This document shows, piece by piece, positions 13,401 to 28,400 of a DNA stretch of 64,000 bases (positions within the stretch are counted from its first letter, which is position 1; every line of letters starts with the position of its first letter). This DNA comes from Phoronis australis (taxonomy: Eukaryota > Animalia > Phoronida). Location of the stretch: contig NMRA01000306.1 of the NCBI GenBank assembly GCA_002633005.1, positions 226,500 to 290,499 of the forward strand, in the 5' to 3' direction. Under the pieces are notes generated by a model. That model was not told the DNA's origin. It worked only from the letters and a program-made list of their open reading frames with translations, and searched no databases. Position numbers and translations under genes: made by a program.

Positions 13401-16400
13401 CCACCCGGGTGGCTGAGCGTTGACGGGTCCAGTTGCTATTCAGTTTCAACACAAAAGTTAACTATGGCAGACGCGTCGAAGTATTGTGACCGCCGCAACA
13501 GTCACGTTGTATACGTAAAGGATAATGCAGAGAAAACCTTGCTAAACACGTGGACTTCTATGTAAGCCTCTCGATACCTTTCACACATCTTTTTGATAAA
13601 AATCCACCATTGAAGCATTATAAAAAACGAGCCAATTCTTACATTCGTTCACGTTACTTGATTAATATCTCCGCTTTTCGTTTAAATAAACATTTTGTTA
13701 TGAGTCAAAACAGCGAAATGAGCGCAACGGGCTTTGAGCTTAGAAATCGACAATTCTAACGTTATACACGCTCCTCGTGGAATTAACCAATGCTTATTTA
13801 TATTCTAAGTGCTTCTGGGGAGTTTGACGTGACTGTTGGGGACTTCTGGCTGCTGACGGGTCCTACGTCTGACATCTACGAGTGGAAAATCGCTGTTGAA
13901 AACGTTTACAACTACACAAGTCTCAATTCGGAATGCTTCAAGTTGAATTGCAACGGCAAGGAATGTGAATTCAGTGAAGAAAATTGTAACAATACACTGC
14001 ATGTTGTGTGTGAAATGATCTCACCAGGTACGACATGTTGCGACACAACTCAAAGAAACTGAGAAAAACATATAAGTGACTGTTTGTGACCCTTAATGAT
14101 AAAATGACGAAGTGAGCGTGTGTTTGTAAGCCCTCCGTATTTTATATCATTGTTGTTCAAAACTTTCAACTCCTCTTATTCTGATTTGCCCAACACGCAG
14201 TATTTTATATCTTGAGTCACTTACGATTTAGAAGAGGAAGATGGCTTTCTTACGAGTTTGAGTGTTGAGATCTCGCAAAATAACGAAGATTTCAGTAGTG
14301 ACTAGAAATCCATTAATTAAAGTAATCTCGAATACGGTTGCAACCACATGCAAGCGTACACCATCAAAAATCACAATCTGTAAAGTGGTTGGCCCGTGAG
14401 CCAAGAATTTAAAATTAGGGGTAGGGTGAGAACTTTATGTAAGAGCATAATGTTCGTTCCATAAGCCTTGGGATTTCATGTCAAATGTTTTGGACGTGGT
14501 TCGTTTTAACGGAACGTATTTCGTAATTCCAAAATGTCTGATGACGCGACGTTTTTCCGCGTGGTAATCCATTCTCCCATATTCTTTGCACATCGCATTT
14601 GCTGAGTATTGCTTTATGAATATTGGTTTTGTCCTTTTTGCACAGTTGATGGATACGGCGAGGTTTTAAGTTTACAAGACCTACCAAATAGCGCCTTCTC
14701 TGCAAGTCGAATATACCATTCAAATTACGCATCCCACTATCTGAAGTTTAACAGCGGACGATCCTGGTTCCCACCTAACGCTGTTGACCCGGATGATTAC
14801 GTTCAAGTGGATCTAGGTTCACCGTACATTGTCTCAAGGACAAGAAGCTGGGTAAATTGTCTCGGTACTTTGTATGGGTACTCAACTGGTCAAATCTACA
14901 TTCCCCAAAGAATGATCTCTATGGAGGCCAGATTGCCATCAGTGACACTCTAGCATTCAGCTCAACATAATTTTATCCACCTCATTATGGTTGTACTTGG
15001 GGAGCAATATTTCCGATATGCAGAATTGATAAAAAACACGACACTTTTCGTTATTGACGGTCTTTATTCCGTTTCGTTCATATGTACGGAATAAAACTTT
15101 ACTCTCAACGGAACATAGATGAAGTAACTGAACTGGCGACATACATGTAATTAAAAGGTACACGATATTTCGAAACATACTTGCTTCATTCTCAAGTGGA
15201 TATAAAATGACGCAGTAATGCCACCGTAGAGTATAAACTGGAGACATACACAGTGGCACCCCCTTCATTTGTCATTCTTTGCAGTATTTCACACCTGCCG
15301 TGTCCTACTGTGTATGTCTGCAGCTTAAGGTGACATTACTGGGTCATTTTATATCCACTTGAGAATGAAAAAAGAATGTTTCGAAAGGTCGTGTACCTTT
15401 TAATTATGTCGCTATGTCAGTTACTTCATCCATTTTCCGTTGAGAGCAGAGATTTATTCCGAACACATGAACAAAACGGAATAAAGACTCTCAAAAGTGT
15501 CGTGTGTTTAATCAATTCACCTCACTATAAAGAATGTCAGGATTAGTATAACGTCCGTGCTACAATAGAGAACATTGATGTCCCTTTTTTAGAACGCTCC
15601 TTTGCAGTTTGACCTATTCTCCTAATTGTCATGCGGGCCACGGTGCCACTATGCATCGTTGGATCTCTACAAGGATAGTATGGATGTTTAAGTTTAGAGA
15701 TCGTTGGTAACCTACAAGATGGTTTCCGTAAAAAAACTGTCTGTCATCTATTAACAGTCCTGCAGAGGTCTAATGCTGTACACAGGCTCAACTGCCCTTG
15801 TTGTCAGTTTTCTAAAAGTGACAATAGTGCCCTCTGTTTTCAATGCATCGTAATGGGGTATGTAATGCATGAAACTATAATCCTACCATTCTTCATAGTG
15901 ATGAGAAAAAGTTTAGATTGACCGTCGATCAGAGAGTAATTGTTGAGGTGAATGCTAGGGCGTCGCAGAACTATATGAGATTGTCACGCGCCCGCAAACA
16001 CTTTCTTGCTGTAGACGCATTCTACTCCACAGGTACCTATGATCACTAATTGCCCCAAGCAACTCAGTTTGTACAGCAGCTGTGCAAAGTGCCGTTTACA
16101 CTACAAAAGTTGACACGGATCAGCTGACACGGAACAAGTTGTTCCAGCGCAAACATGTGTAAACAGGACTGACACGGAGCAAATTGACACGGCGGTGAAC
16201 TTTTGCCACCCCGGCGTTTTTGAGGTAGAGCAATTTGCGCTCGATCATCTTGCTCCGTGTCAATTATGAGTCTAAACGCGAAACTCAGGGGCTAGGGGTA
16301 AAGAATCATCTCTACTGTGCTTGTGTAATGACCTAAATACTGGTTCTCTGTCTCTTAACTCCCGTCATTTGTAAACCTGTGCATGTGTGATCCACTCTCC

Positions 16401-19400
16401 AGCCTACAATTTCTGTCTTGCCACAGTTAGTGAGTTATGTGTGTAAACGGCCGATTGACACCGATCAATGTACTCCGGGTCAGCTGCGCCGGGCCAAAAG
16501 TTGATGTTTAAATGAGACTTTGCTGATAGTTCTGCAAACGTGGGATCACTAATGCTTACCAATCGTTTAGTTCAGGCTCAGATATATAAAACAAAGGTTC
16601 AGGTTAACATTTACTTCCCGATGAGAGGACATTATAGCTGTGGGAAGCAACGAAAGAAAGTCCTTTGACTGATTCATTTGAAAGTGCAATGCCTGTATGT
16701 ATTGTAGAATCAATTATTGTGCTGGACGTCCCTTTCGGTCGTGATAAACTTTCTTTCATTCTAGGGCCGCACATCTCACAACGAATACGTTAAGTCAATG
16801 GAGATCTACCTTTCATTGGATGGCGTCACATTCACGTGCGTCAAAGACGAGGTTACACGTCTCTGCACTAAGGTTTGTGTTTGTCTGTGGAACACTTTAC
16901 GATATCAAGTAGTACATATATTGTAAAAGTAGAAGGATAATGAATTCTGAAGATGCGCTAGCTTTGTCACTACTAGTCTGCCGTGATCGCTTTTTATGTC
17001 GAATTTTTAAGAGATACATTCATAACAAAGCGACCTGTAGAGTGACCAAAATCAAACCTTCGGACTCCAAAAAGCTATTCGGATTTTGTGATTACGTACT
17101 TCGAGTTACAAACTTACAAAAATGTCAATGAAAACAGTACTCATAACCGTAAATTTGTTATTAAACGAAAAGTGAACGTAAATTGAGAATTCCTAACAGC
17201 GTTTCAGAGATCGATGAATACATGTAAGTAATGACATTGAAAGGTTTCAATAGAACTTATCGAACCGTTTTTGTTCCTAAGTCCAAACAAAGGCGAAAGT
17301 CTCACAAGGTTTTCGTTATACCATCATTTTACTACTCAGCACAAGTCACTCATTCGCTTACTTTGTTATTTAAGTCATCTGTCACCCTGCGTCTTGAAGC
17401 ACATTGCTACATACTACTAATTGTCATCCTCCTTTAGTTTGATGGAAACAGCGTCTATAACCAAGGTGTAGATCAAGTATTCCGCAGGCGAACTCGGTTC
17501 ATCAGAGTGCGACCTCTCGCTTATCAAGTCAGGAAAGCACTCCGACTGGAAGTTTATATAATCAAAGATGGTGAGCTAGAACAAAGGTCTAAGGCTTTAA
17601 TATTGTTGTAGCCTGCAAATTCCTGATTACATCTTACATCTCCTTTCTTCGTAAACAACTTGCAAGTACATATTTATTAGCTTTTATCACATATTACTAG
17701 GCATTAACCTTGTGGCGATACTTTTGTACATGATTGAAATCAGACATGAAACTGATTAACTGCGAGTCGCTCTTCGTCATAAGCGTGTTCCAGTCAACCG
17801 TAAAGTTGTGTCTTGTTCTAAGCAACAGACGGGGGGAAACTGGTGAGCGATCATACGTAAATTTTCCTGGCTATCTACTATTTAAACTACACCACCAGTT
17901 TTCTGTGTCTCGGTTGACAGCGTTGTTTCTAGAACCATTCACCTAAATTTTTTGAGTTGTTTTGTGTCAAAGTTTATGAAACTTTAATTTGCACAAATGA
18001 TGTTCTTCCACATCAAATGTTGAAAACATTGAATTGTGCTAGAATCCCCTCTACCCCAGACCCCACAACCCCCTCGACGCACGACCCCATCGACCCACAA
18101 TCCCCACGACCCACGACCACAACCCCTTCAACCCATGACTTGTGACAATAGTGGTGTAAGATCATGGTCTTAAATAGCGAATTGTGAGCGTGCTATCGTT
18201 GTCACGAAGTTCCAGGAAGGGATACCAATGGCCCTGTTCTACTAAACTTAAGGTACGTTAATGTGAATACACAAAATTTTACATTTTTTTGGTTTCTGTT
18301 GTATGCACGTTTACAATATACTGCATATACCGCTGAGATACTTTTTAGTTAACAGTTTGCTTTTCAAGCTATATTTACTGATGTAATTACATGTTTGTCG
18401 CTTTCTCACACAATCTCAAAAAAGTTTGAATCTGCCGTTCACTGAAGAGCAGACGAAACGGGCTCCGGGGAACGACATTTGTAACGTTGGTAGGTCTTTG
18501 ATTTTATTCGGTCGCGTTGTATTTTTCTGTTTTTGGCTTTCAAAATTGACGAATCCACTCTCTTAATTGCAAAAAAATAAATAAAAATGGCAAAAGCCAG
18601 CCGACCTCACGGCCAGTCTCATTGGTCCTACAAGTCAGCGCTTGTTCTATGTTCAGATCGATTCGAACTTGTGTCGTGGGCCGTGTGTCGTGGGTCGTGG
18701 CTCATGGTCGTCGTGGGTCGAGGGGTCGTGGGTGTCATCTTGAAGGTGGCCGAGGGTTTTTTTAGAGCAATCCAAAAACATTCAATCCCAGGGAGGATTA
18801 GAAGCAAACGGGAAACGTCCACTTTCCTTTTAAGTAGTATGATTCTAACAGAAATGGCTGATAATCAATTTCAAAATACGGAATTTTCTGAAATACCACA
18901 TAGCCTACACTTAAATTACATTTTTGTGTATTCTATTCCAGTTGTGGCTTGTCCTGTCAACTCATGGACCATTAACAACGATGTCTGTTACTACCATGAC
19001 AAGTTTTCGAGAACTTGGAACGGAGCTAATACTAACTGCCTGTCGCTTGGAGGATCTTTAGCATACATTCATAATGACCAAGCACACAACTTTGTAAAAA
19101 GTTTTGTGTCTTCAATGTACGTGGTAACATGCAATTATCAAAACTCAGCTGTGATAAAAGCTTTGGTGCATAATTGATTATAGCTTTAGCTTCAGATCAT
19201 TTGAATGAAAATCTTCATTTGTTTAACTGATGCCGTTTGAAAACTAAGCATACGTTATACCTTGTTAAGTTTTTATTTCGAAACACACGTGGTTCTAAAT
19301 CCGATTTTACAGCAGTTATAACTAATTTGAATTATGCTCTAGGCAATCTCGTCCAGTCTCTCTGCCTTTCACAATATTTTATTGAAGAATCTGATGACCA

Positions 19401-22400
19401 AGTCAGGCTCTCATGAGTTTCGCTCAGATGTTTCTTCATCCATCTAAGTGGCTTGAGCGCTTCTGATGCACTGCAAAACATCAGAGTGCCTGAGCCCTTT
19501 TTACTATCTCAAATTCCAACTTCGTCACCATCCATGTGCCACCCATTCCTCCCGCCCTAGTTCTCAGGTATCCCGCAGTCTCTCGCGCACCACCCCAAAT
19601 GCTGCACACCATTAAGGTCACCCGCCACCAGGCCCTCGGCTTTAGCTGCCTTAATAAACAATCTTGTGCATTTAAGCTTCGAATACTTTTGGATGGGCAT
19701 CAGTGATACGAGCACCGAAGGCACATGGGAGACCGTCGAGGGAAGCGCATTGTCCTATACAAAATGGTCGAACAACCCCGCTCAGCCAAATGGTGGCACG
19801 ACAGAGAACTGCGGTGCTCCGGATGCAAGTCGATCCCACTTGTGGTACGACAGAGACTGCGATCAAACCTACACTAGCCTTTGTCAGTACCCTAAGCCGG
19901 TAAGATCATACATGAACATGTCGAAGCACGTACATTCTTGCATTTGACAAGGCTCAACACATGAAAATAGAATTTATTGCTGCGTATACCCATGTTGAGA
20001 ATTATGTTTTCCAGTTTTGACCAGGACTTACTTGCTTATATTCTTAAAATTTCAAAATTCGACTTTTAACTTTTGTTCAATTTAAGCAGCTTCACTATAC
20101 ATGTTTCAGATTTCTTTGGAGGTATCGTAGCTCTAACGGGAAAACGTCAAACCTATAAGAAGCTGTTGACTATTAGTGACGAATTTTCTGGATATCAAAA
20201 ATCGAAACCGCGAACGATTTACCAAAGCAATTGCTGATAACAAGACGTCATTTAGTCTTTTTGGAAACAGCCTATTTCAACTCATCCAAAAGCTATTGCA
20301 ACTCGTTAAATTTAGGAATGTTAGTGGCCTTTGAACCTGACCAGTGATGATCACTTGTTCCTTCTTTTTTCTTTGTAGAGCTCTGTGGGGCTACAAACAG
20401 GTAAGTATATCAAATATCCTCGCACATCCTTTATAGAAATACTTTTACTACGCATTATGAAAGGGACGCCTTGAACAATTAAAGAGTGCATCTTACAGCT
20501 TAAACTTGAAATACCCGACTCAGTGGTCCTTAGAAGGTGTTCAATTGTCTTTCATTTACGTGTTTATAAATCTCCAAAGTGGTGTATGATCGTTTACCTA
20601 AAGCTAATTAGGAAATCTATTGCTAAGCAATACTAGTAAGTTGAGTACATACACCTTGTTGTTTCACAAGTGATCACCCCAAAATATAGAATTCTAGGCA
20701 CGTTCCTACAATTTTCCGTGCCGGCCAAAATCAACACTCCACAATTGGGTCCGGTTAAAAGTTTGCAACGCAACAGTTGTTGACTCTTAATGTATTACAT
20801 CACCAGTTCGTGGACTACAGGAAGATGCAACTACTCTGTTTGGCATACATATATAATGGGCAACGCGACTGTCGTTCATGAAGGAAGATTTCTCTCGTTT
20901 ACATCTGTGAAGTAAAAGGAATTCGTCAGCATAAGATCGTTGGAGTCCTACGAGATTCTGCGAAAAGCATCTTTCTTTCGTTATCGTCACCTATTGAATT
21001 TCTAGTTCTCTGTTACAACCACATTTACCCATTTCAGCCGTTCTTGAAAGCAAAGCTATCAGCCTGTCTGACCTACCGGATGACGCTTTCACTGCGACCA
21101 GACAATACAATGGCCATATGACTCCTAAACATGCCAAGTTCTCCCAACACAATGCGTGGTGTGTTGATGTAAATCAGCCAGACGACTACCTTCAAGTAGA
21201 TTTGGGTTATACGTGGATCATTGAAAAAACAGCCACAAAGGTAAACCAGTTTCTTAGCAGAGGTCACCATGGATTATTTTCCAATCACGTTCATAATAAA
21301 TAGACTGCCGTGCGCAGTTTTGTAAAGAAAGCGTTACGTTTATCACGCAAATCAACACATATTTCGCAATGACTTCTTCTCAATAAAAATAAATGTAAAC
21401 ACCTCAACAAAAGTTTGGAAATTTGTGTCCACTCGTCTGTGCTTTCAGTAAGTTTGGTTTATTTAAATCATGTTGCATAACAACAATTCCACATTTTGTC
21501 AATAAAATTTTGATATGCTCAGTAACTTTGCTGCGAAAGAGGGCTTGGTCTCAAAGTGAATGTTGCAAATTTCGCTGTTTTTGCCAATCAGTGTCACCCC
21601 CTGTAATATGCTGGTGATAAACAACGGGAGTTAACAACAAATGTGCGAGAAACGGAATGATAACATTGAACTCTTGCTGTTAGCAGGCTCAATATGAATC
21701 ATGATTAGTCAAATTGTATTTGGAGTGCCCAGTTTGGAGCTTTCTTCAAATGTGAAATTCTGGTGTTCTGGCTCCAAGTATGCTGCGTTTGTCTATAATA
21801 GAAAAGACCCGAGCTATTGGACAAATTGATGTTGGTGTTTCCCAGAATGCGGTAACACATCATTCGAGTCCTAGTGACATCTCCAAACTGAAGCACAAAT
21901 TCCAACAAACAACTGTAGTGACTGCGAATGGTTTGCCAGCCCGATGCAGAGAAGACTATAAATGTTGTCTATCAGTCAAACTATCACCATTGTATATACG
22001 TCAGTGTTCTATAAATGAAGTGTTCATGTGTTGCCACATATTATCATAAGTTTTTACTACCATGGAACCAGCACTGTTACTGCTATTGGAAAAGCTTAAT
22101 ACTCAAACTTGAATACAAATTTCTCGAATTACCTGGAATGTGTTAGGACACGACTGGCTAATAACACATGGCGAATCACAAAGTAGTACGAAGTAAAAAC
22201 CCATACGCCTTACATTTTATCGTCTGCAAAACATTTATACCAACAACCAAACAATGCCGAAATTCCGTGAAGGAGACAAGGATATGATTGACAAATCAGG
22301 TGCTGCAACTCTAATAAGTGTATACGGTACAGGGCAAGAAAATACATGGGACAGATTTTTATTTATAACATTCATGACAGTGGCGGATCTAGGATACCAT

Positions 22401-25400
22401 AAGTGGGGAGCCAGCATGTCGCCTCGGGGAATTGGGCAAAGCGCTATTGTGTGTGCACAGACCCGAAACTTGTGGGGGCCCGGATTGTGGACCTCTTGTT
22501 CGGACAATCCATCGCTGGACTGAAAAAAAACGGCCGCCGCGGCCTGGGGTCTGAGCCCCCCCTCATTCGCTACGGGTCCTAGTTGCTGAACTCAATATTT
22601 TCTCACGCATCACGCTGTTTCACTTTGCTTGCGGCAGCCAAAGGGGGGTGCTTGCCCCCCCCCCCCCCANCCCCCCCCCCCCTAAGTCCGCCTATGCATG
22701 AAGCCAGCTTAACAAAACTGGCTGAAAGTGAAAAATGTCCAAATGTAACAACCGGCGGGTCAAGCCGGTTCTGCGACCCTCATCAACCCATTGGACACGC
22801 ACATGTCAATTCAGTGCTCACTCGCGGGGAAGCCCTGCTGATTGTAATTTCTATAAACATTTGTTAAGTTTTAATATTACAATCTCGGCAAGTCTCGAGA
22901 TTTTGGCGAAATTTCCAAGAGTTATTGCCCATGTCATAAACCTGAGACGAGTGTAGGGTCCTCTATTTACATTTAGCTCTTATTAAATTTGGAGCATTCA
23001 CTTTTGAGACAAAGCCCTCTTCATCGTAATACAGTGTACTATATCTGCATTTACCTGCATACTTGATGAAAAAATGTCTTGTCGTTTCATTAACGGATAT
23101 TAAACCCTGTTTTGGCGAATTCAACCAATCCTCGATTTGTCACCTGCTAAAGCATCATTGAAGTGCCACTTAAGTAATAAAAGCAGGATTCAACTAAAAC
23201 TCATTGTCTTTGTGTCACCTATTTGGGGGGTTAGGGTTCTTGGTCGGTGCTTTTTCCCTACAGTTGTTTAACTCACCTAAAGCGTAGGTCACGCTTTGCC
23301 GGTTTAGCCGGCTGTGCAAGGAGTTTTCAAAATTTGTTCCAAGCTTTTAAGGTTTGCCACAGGCTAAAGGGTATTATTTTGTTCCAGAGAACAGGATGAA
23401 AAAGTCGTTTTTATAATCTATTGATTGGCCAAAACCGGGTTCGGTATCCTTTTAAACTCCCGCTGGAACTACTTTTTAATTAGCCAGTATTTTTTTAGGG
23501 TTACCAAAATGCACATTACTGGGTCACCAAGATGTTGATCTTCACCTCTTTGAATGGAGTGAACTTCACATGCGTGTCAGAATATGGCAACGATACGTGC
23601 AAGGAGGTGAGTGGTGGTTTGCCTATTGTTAAATGAACATGTTTAAAAGTTAACTGTTACTGAAATCATACGCAACCCACTGACTTGCAGAGGAAAGCCT
23701 GGCTGCAGTGGTACGCTAACAGATACATGTAATCACTTCTGTTGTACGTATACTGCCATCGTTTATCACCGATAACATGAATATTTTTTAAGTGTAGTCA
23801 CTCAACTTTCTTATAATTACAACAACAAATAAAGTTTCCCTGTTGTATCTCCGATGAAGCCGAGGTCAGCATGGCGACACCAATGTGACACTCAAGTTCA
23901 TTTCTGGCCATCCGATCTACACAATTCAGTGTTTTTCCAAAAGTAAGCCATACTGCAAGCGTATGCTGTATATTCGCGTATTTTGTCCCATGAAATTACA
24001 ATAAAGGCTGCACTCATATCCAGACTGAGGCACACACGCCTTGAGGAAAACTGGTAAAGCGGCTATAAACCTGCCGAATCCACCATGAAAGTCAGTTGTT
24101 GACCGGAAAGCACCGTAACAGCGCTTTCCTACTGGAGGCGAAAGTTCGCTTTTAGCGAAGCTTTGGTAAGTGGGAAAGGTCAACAACTCCAGTGGTCAAT
24201 CTGCAAGCGAAACTTCGCTGAAAATAGTAAGATTTAAAAGCGAAACTTCGGTACTGACCGAAACTTTGCTGTAGTGGGAAAGGTCAGTGCAAAACTTTGG
24301 CGGAATTATTGGTAGAGGTCGCCGCAACAATATACATGCAAGACCAATCGAGACTCAATGAGATATCCCGCAAAACGTTTTTCGTTGTTTGTGAAGAGTC
24401 AAATTACTCTGGAATATTTTAGCTCGTCATTCTTATTTCTGTTTGCACGTAAATAAATAAAAAAAACTCTCACCCGATGAAGAATGACACTGATCATTTT
24501 CATAAACCGAGCACAGGTAAATGACGGGAGAACAAATATCAGTTAGCCTTGAACCCACCACTCAGTATTTGCTTGAGAGTACTAATGAGGTGCGCCGTCT
24601 GGTGTTTACTTCGATGATTGAATCGCCATTTAGCGATAGCCTCGATATCGCTGCCTGGTGGAAAAGGTAAGCGAAGTTTAGGCGAAGCTTCGGTGAACCG
24701 AATATCCCGTAATGGGAAAGCAGGATTGTGAGCTTAAGACAGTTTGTTATTGCTTGAGACCAACGTCTACGAGTTTTGTGACGGTACGGTCTAAATCATA
24801 AGTTTTGTTTCTTCGACAGATCTCGGGTTTATTTCCTTTTCAAGTAAAACGAGCGAGCAGTTTTTCTGTTTGGGTGAAATGTGACTGAAACCTTATAAAT
24901 AGGTAGAACTTGGCGTGTCTTCAATTCAACATTAACTATTAAACGATAAGAATAACGTGTTTTCTCTCTAAAAATACGCACGATTTAGGAAATAGACGCA
25001 TCGTCCTAAACCATGGTTGTGAATGGAAACATTGCTTACGTTGCTAAATGTTATCATTTGATGCTTGATAAGTCTTCTATGTTGGTTTACATAGTCCTGT
25101 TTTAGTACATATTCTTTCATAATGTATATTGGTCACTTTCACCTGTGTTGTTTTCATTGTCGTTAATCTCTTTCACACCGGTGTTAAGTAAACATTTACT
25201 TACTTAATTTATTTATTTACTTACATGTACTTACTAACTTACTTACTTACTAATTTACTAGCTAATATACTATAACTTATTTACTAATTTACTTACTTAC
25301 TTGTCTCGTAGTTTGATGGAAACGTGAATTACAATGTACCAGTCGAGCAAGTATTTCCTACACGACAACAAGCGCGCTACATCAGAGTACAACCTCTGGG

Positions 25401-28400
25401 CTGGTACAACAACTTGAAGTGTGTTAAGTTGGAAGTGTATGTTTTTACACATGGTGAGTTTCTTTAAAAGACTTGTCAGACACTGTAGTATGATGAAAGA
25501 TAAGCGACTAAGTTGTTCGAAATTCGTTTGTTGTGAAGTTGAATTAACAGACCTATTCTGACCGATAACTTATTTTTTATTGGATATACTGAATCCTGTT
25601 GTGACGATTTCAACCAATCCTCGCTCTGTTACCTGCTAATGCATCATTGGCGTCAGTCTTGTAATTTAAAGCGGGAATCTATTAATAAGTCACACTGCCT
25701 ATGTCAGAGATTGGAAATTATAGTCCTTGGTGGGTGGTCTTTTCCCACAGTTGCCGTGTAATTCGCTAAAAGCGTAGGTCACGCTTGCCCTTTTAGCAGA
25801 CTTTGAAAGGAGTTTTCAAATTTTCCTTCACATTTTTGAGAGTTGTCGAGGGTTACATAGCGTTATTTTATTTCAGACAACTGGATGTGGAATTCGTTTT
25901 TAATATCTGTTAGTAGACCAAAACCGGGTTTGGTGTCCTTTTAATGATAAGCTTTTGGCGTACTACAAGCAATTTGATTAAAAAATCAATCACCAGAACT
26001 AGCCGGTGCAAAACCCAAAACCAACTAGTCACACGGAAATAAAACCCTTTACTGGTTGAAGGAATTTTGTTTTGATGGCATTCGCGCGAGACCGTGTTTT
26101 CAGTAGTTTCAGTTCCTGTGTGTCGTGTAACTACTAACTCGATAAGCAAGCGACGGTAAATTGTTCTGTTAGGTGTCATAGTAGTGATATCATTCAACAG
26201 TTGTCTGTGTCCTGTGGGAGCATTTGAGATTTGACAAATTGCTTGATAGGCCTACCCGCCGAAAACAACACATTCTAATTCATTGGTTTGCTGTGTGCAC
26301 TACTAGACTTGCCAATACAGTGGACACTGCTTAACGTCATGCCCTCGGTTTCGGCGTAAGTTATGATAATGAGCGGGATATTCTATTAAATGGGACATTC
26401 TTTTAAGCGGGTTCTGACTTGCCAGCGTTCATACTCGCTCTAATAAGCTGATCATGCAAAGCAGAGAGTAAGACAGTTAAACATGACAATAAAACTATTG
26501 CTCCATTCGCGGAATTCCGATAAGGCAATTCAGTTGATGAGGATTTATGTTATTTTTATAGATAAAAGTGAAGGTACGCGAGCTAATACGCGGATGAGAA
26601 TAAATTTTCTATTTTTGCAAACAAAAATATCCGAGAATATGGCATTGAATCATATCACTATACGGATTATTTTCCGTGGGTTACCTTGTTTGATGGGAAA
26701 TGATTTTTCTGGATTTTCTTTTGTCTGGTATGACATTAAGTGAATCGACTGCCCCAATAACATCACGGTTATTTTATAGTTCATGAGTATGTCACGTACG
26801 GCCACTGGAGCGCTTGGAACCAATGGTCTTCATGCAGCTGTAGCGAAACTGTCACCACCCGCCGTAGGGAGCGCGAGTGTACTGACTTTGAGCCAATGGC
26901 TGGAAGATACTGTCTGGGATTATCGTACGAAATATCAGATTGTTCGGGTAAGCAACAGGAGGCATAACGATGAATTTTAGTTGTGTCCTACGCTAACATT
27001 TGGGGTTTTGTTTTCCTAATGCATAAGCGAGCTTAGACCGACTGTGACTTACCAGTCCTAGTCGGTTCACAAAATAATTCGCGTACTGGCTAGGCCGCGC
27101 TGATGAAGGAAACCTATTCTCTAATTTCTCTTATAATGCATCGATTTTAAAAAATCGCAGACAGCTTGCAAATTGTGGTAGCTTAAATGTTTCCCAATAT
27201 TGAGAATCTGGTCAGATATTGCTTTCAGTGGCAAGCAGTGGGTGCTCTAAAGAGATTCTTCAGACAAGTCAGCCAATCAATGATCTGCCTGGTGCCCTGA
27301 TTAATGATTTATTCTTTACACAACGAGTCACAGGTGATTTAATAGTTTTGCTTGTATTGAAAAATTAAATTACTACTGTGTTATGTAACATTTTTGTAGA
27401 ACTACTATCAGTACTGTTTCATTTTTCAGAGGTCGCCGAATACGAGTACTGTCCTGACATGCAAACCATAGACATTTCCGCCGACCAGCGTAAGTTCTTT
27501 GATTCGAGGTTTGAGTTAAGCTTCATGGACAAGCACAGTTTAGGAACACTGCTTAATCTCAAGACATAACGATTTTATTCATATTTTAGCATTCAGTTCA
27601 ATATTTTGTTTCAGAAATCTGTGATCTGTCGGTCGGCTTGCAGTTTCACACGGCGTTTCTGACGGGTCGATATGTAGAAGGTCACGAGGTGACTGTTCAA
27701 CACAACGTCACAAATGGAAAAGAGTGTGCGCGTGCGTGTGCGGCAGATCCAAGTTGCAAGTCTGCCGATTACTACACATCTTCTTGGCGATGTGTTTTCA
27801 AGAGCTCAACATGGAACAACAACAGCTTATTTTTCTATGACAATGGCTCAAAAAGCGATGTTGTTCACTTAGAGATGGGGTGCAGAAATGGTAAGGGGAA
27901 TACGTTAACACATTGTTGTTGCCAGTTTATTTATTTTCGTCAAAGTCATCGAATTCCTAAAAACGTGCCCAATTGAAGCACAAATCTTTTGAAACTCTTA
28001 GAACTTTTTCGAATTTGTAGTCATCGTAATGTTAGACTAGGTGTGAATTCTGTTCTCACGTATTTTAGGGAACTGTCCACCTGGCTGGCTGAACGTTGAT
28101 GGGTCGTCTTGCTATTCAGTTTCAACACACAGACTAAATATGGCAGATGCATCGAAATATTGTGACCGTCGGAACAGTCACGTAATACATATAACAGACA
28201 CAGCCGAGAAAAACATTCTGAAGACTTGGGTTGCGAAGTGAGCATATGTTTTTTGACGATAGCTTATACGTGTACGTTTGGGAGGCTTTATCCTGGGAAG
28301 TGACTTTTGAAAAACACCACAGTTGGTGCTTATTTTGGGGTACATTGATTTTAGAAACAGACTAGACAGACTGCCAAATTTGGACAAACTTCTTGCCACA

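Noticed and set aside
24120-24725. Region with repeated gcgaaa/gtgggaaagg motifs and weak terminal inversion
   Set aside because: Probably an old MITE, but ends and TSD could not be defined.
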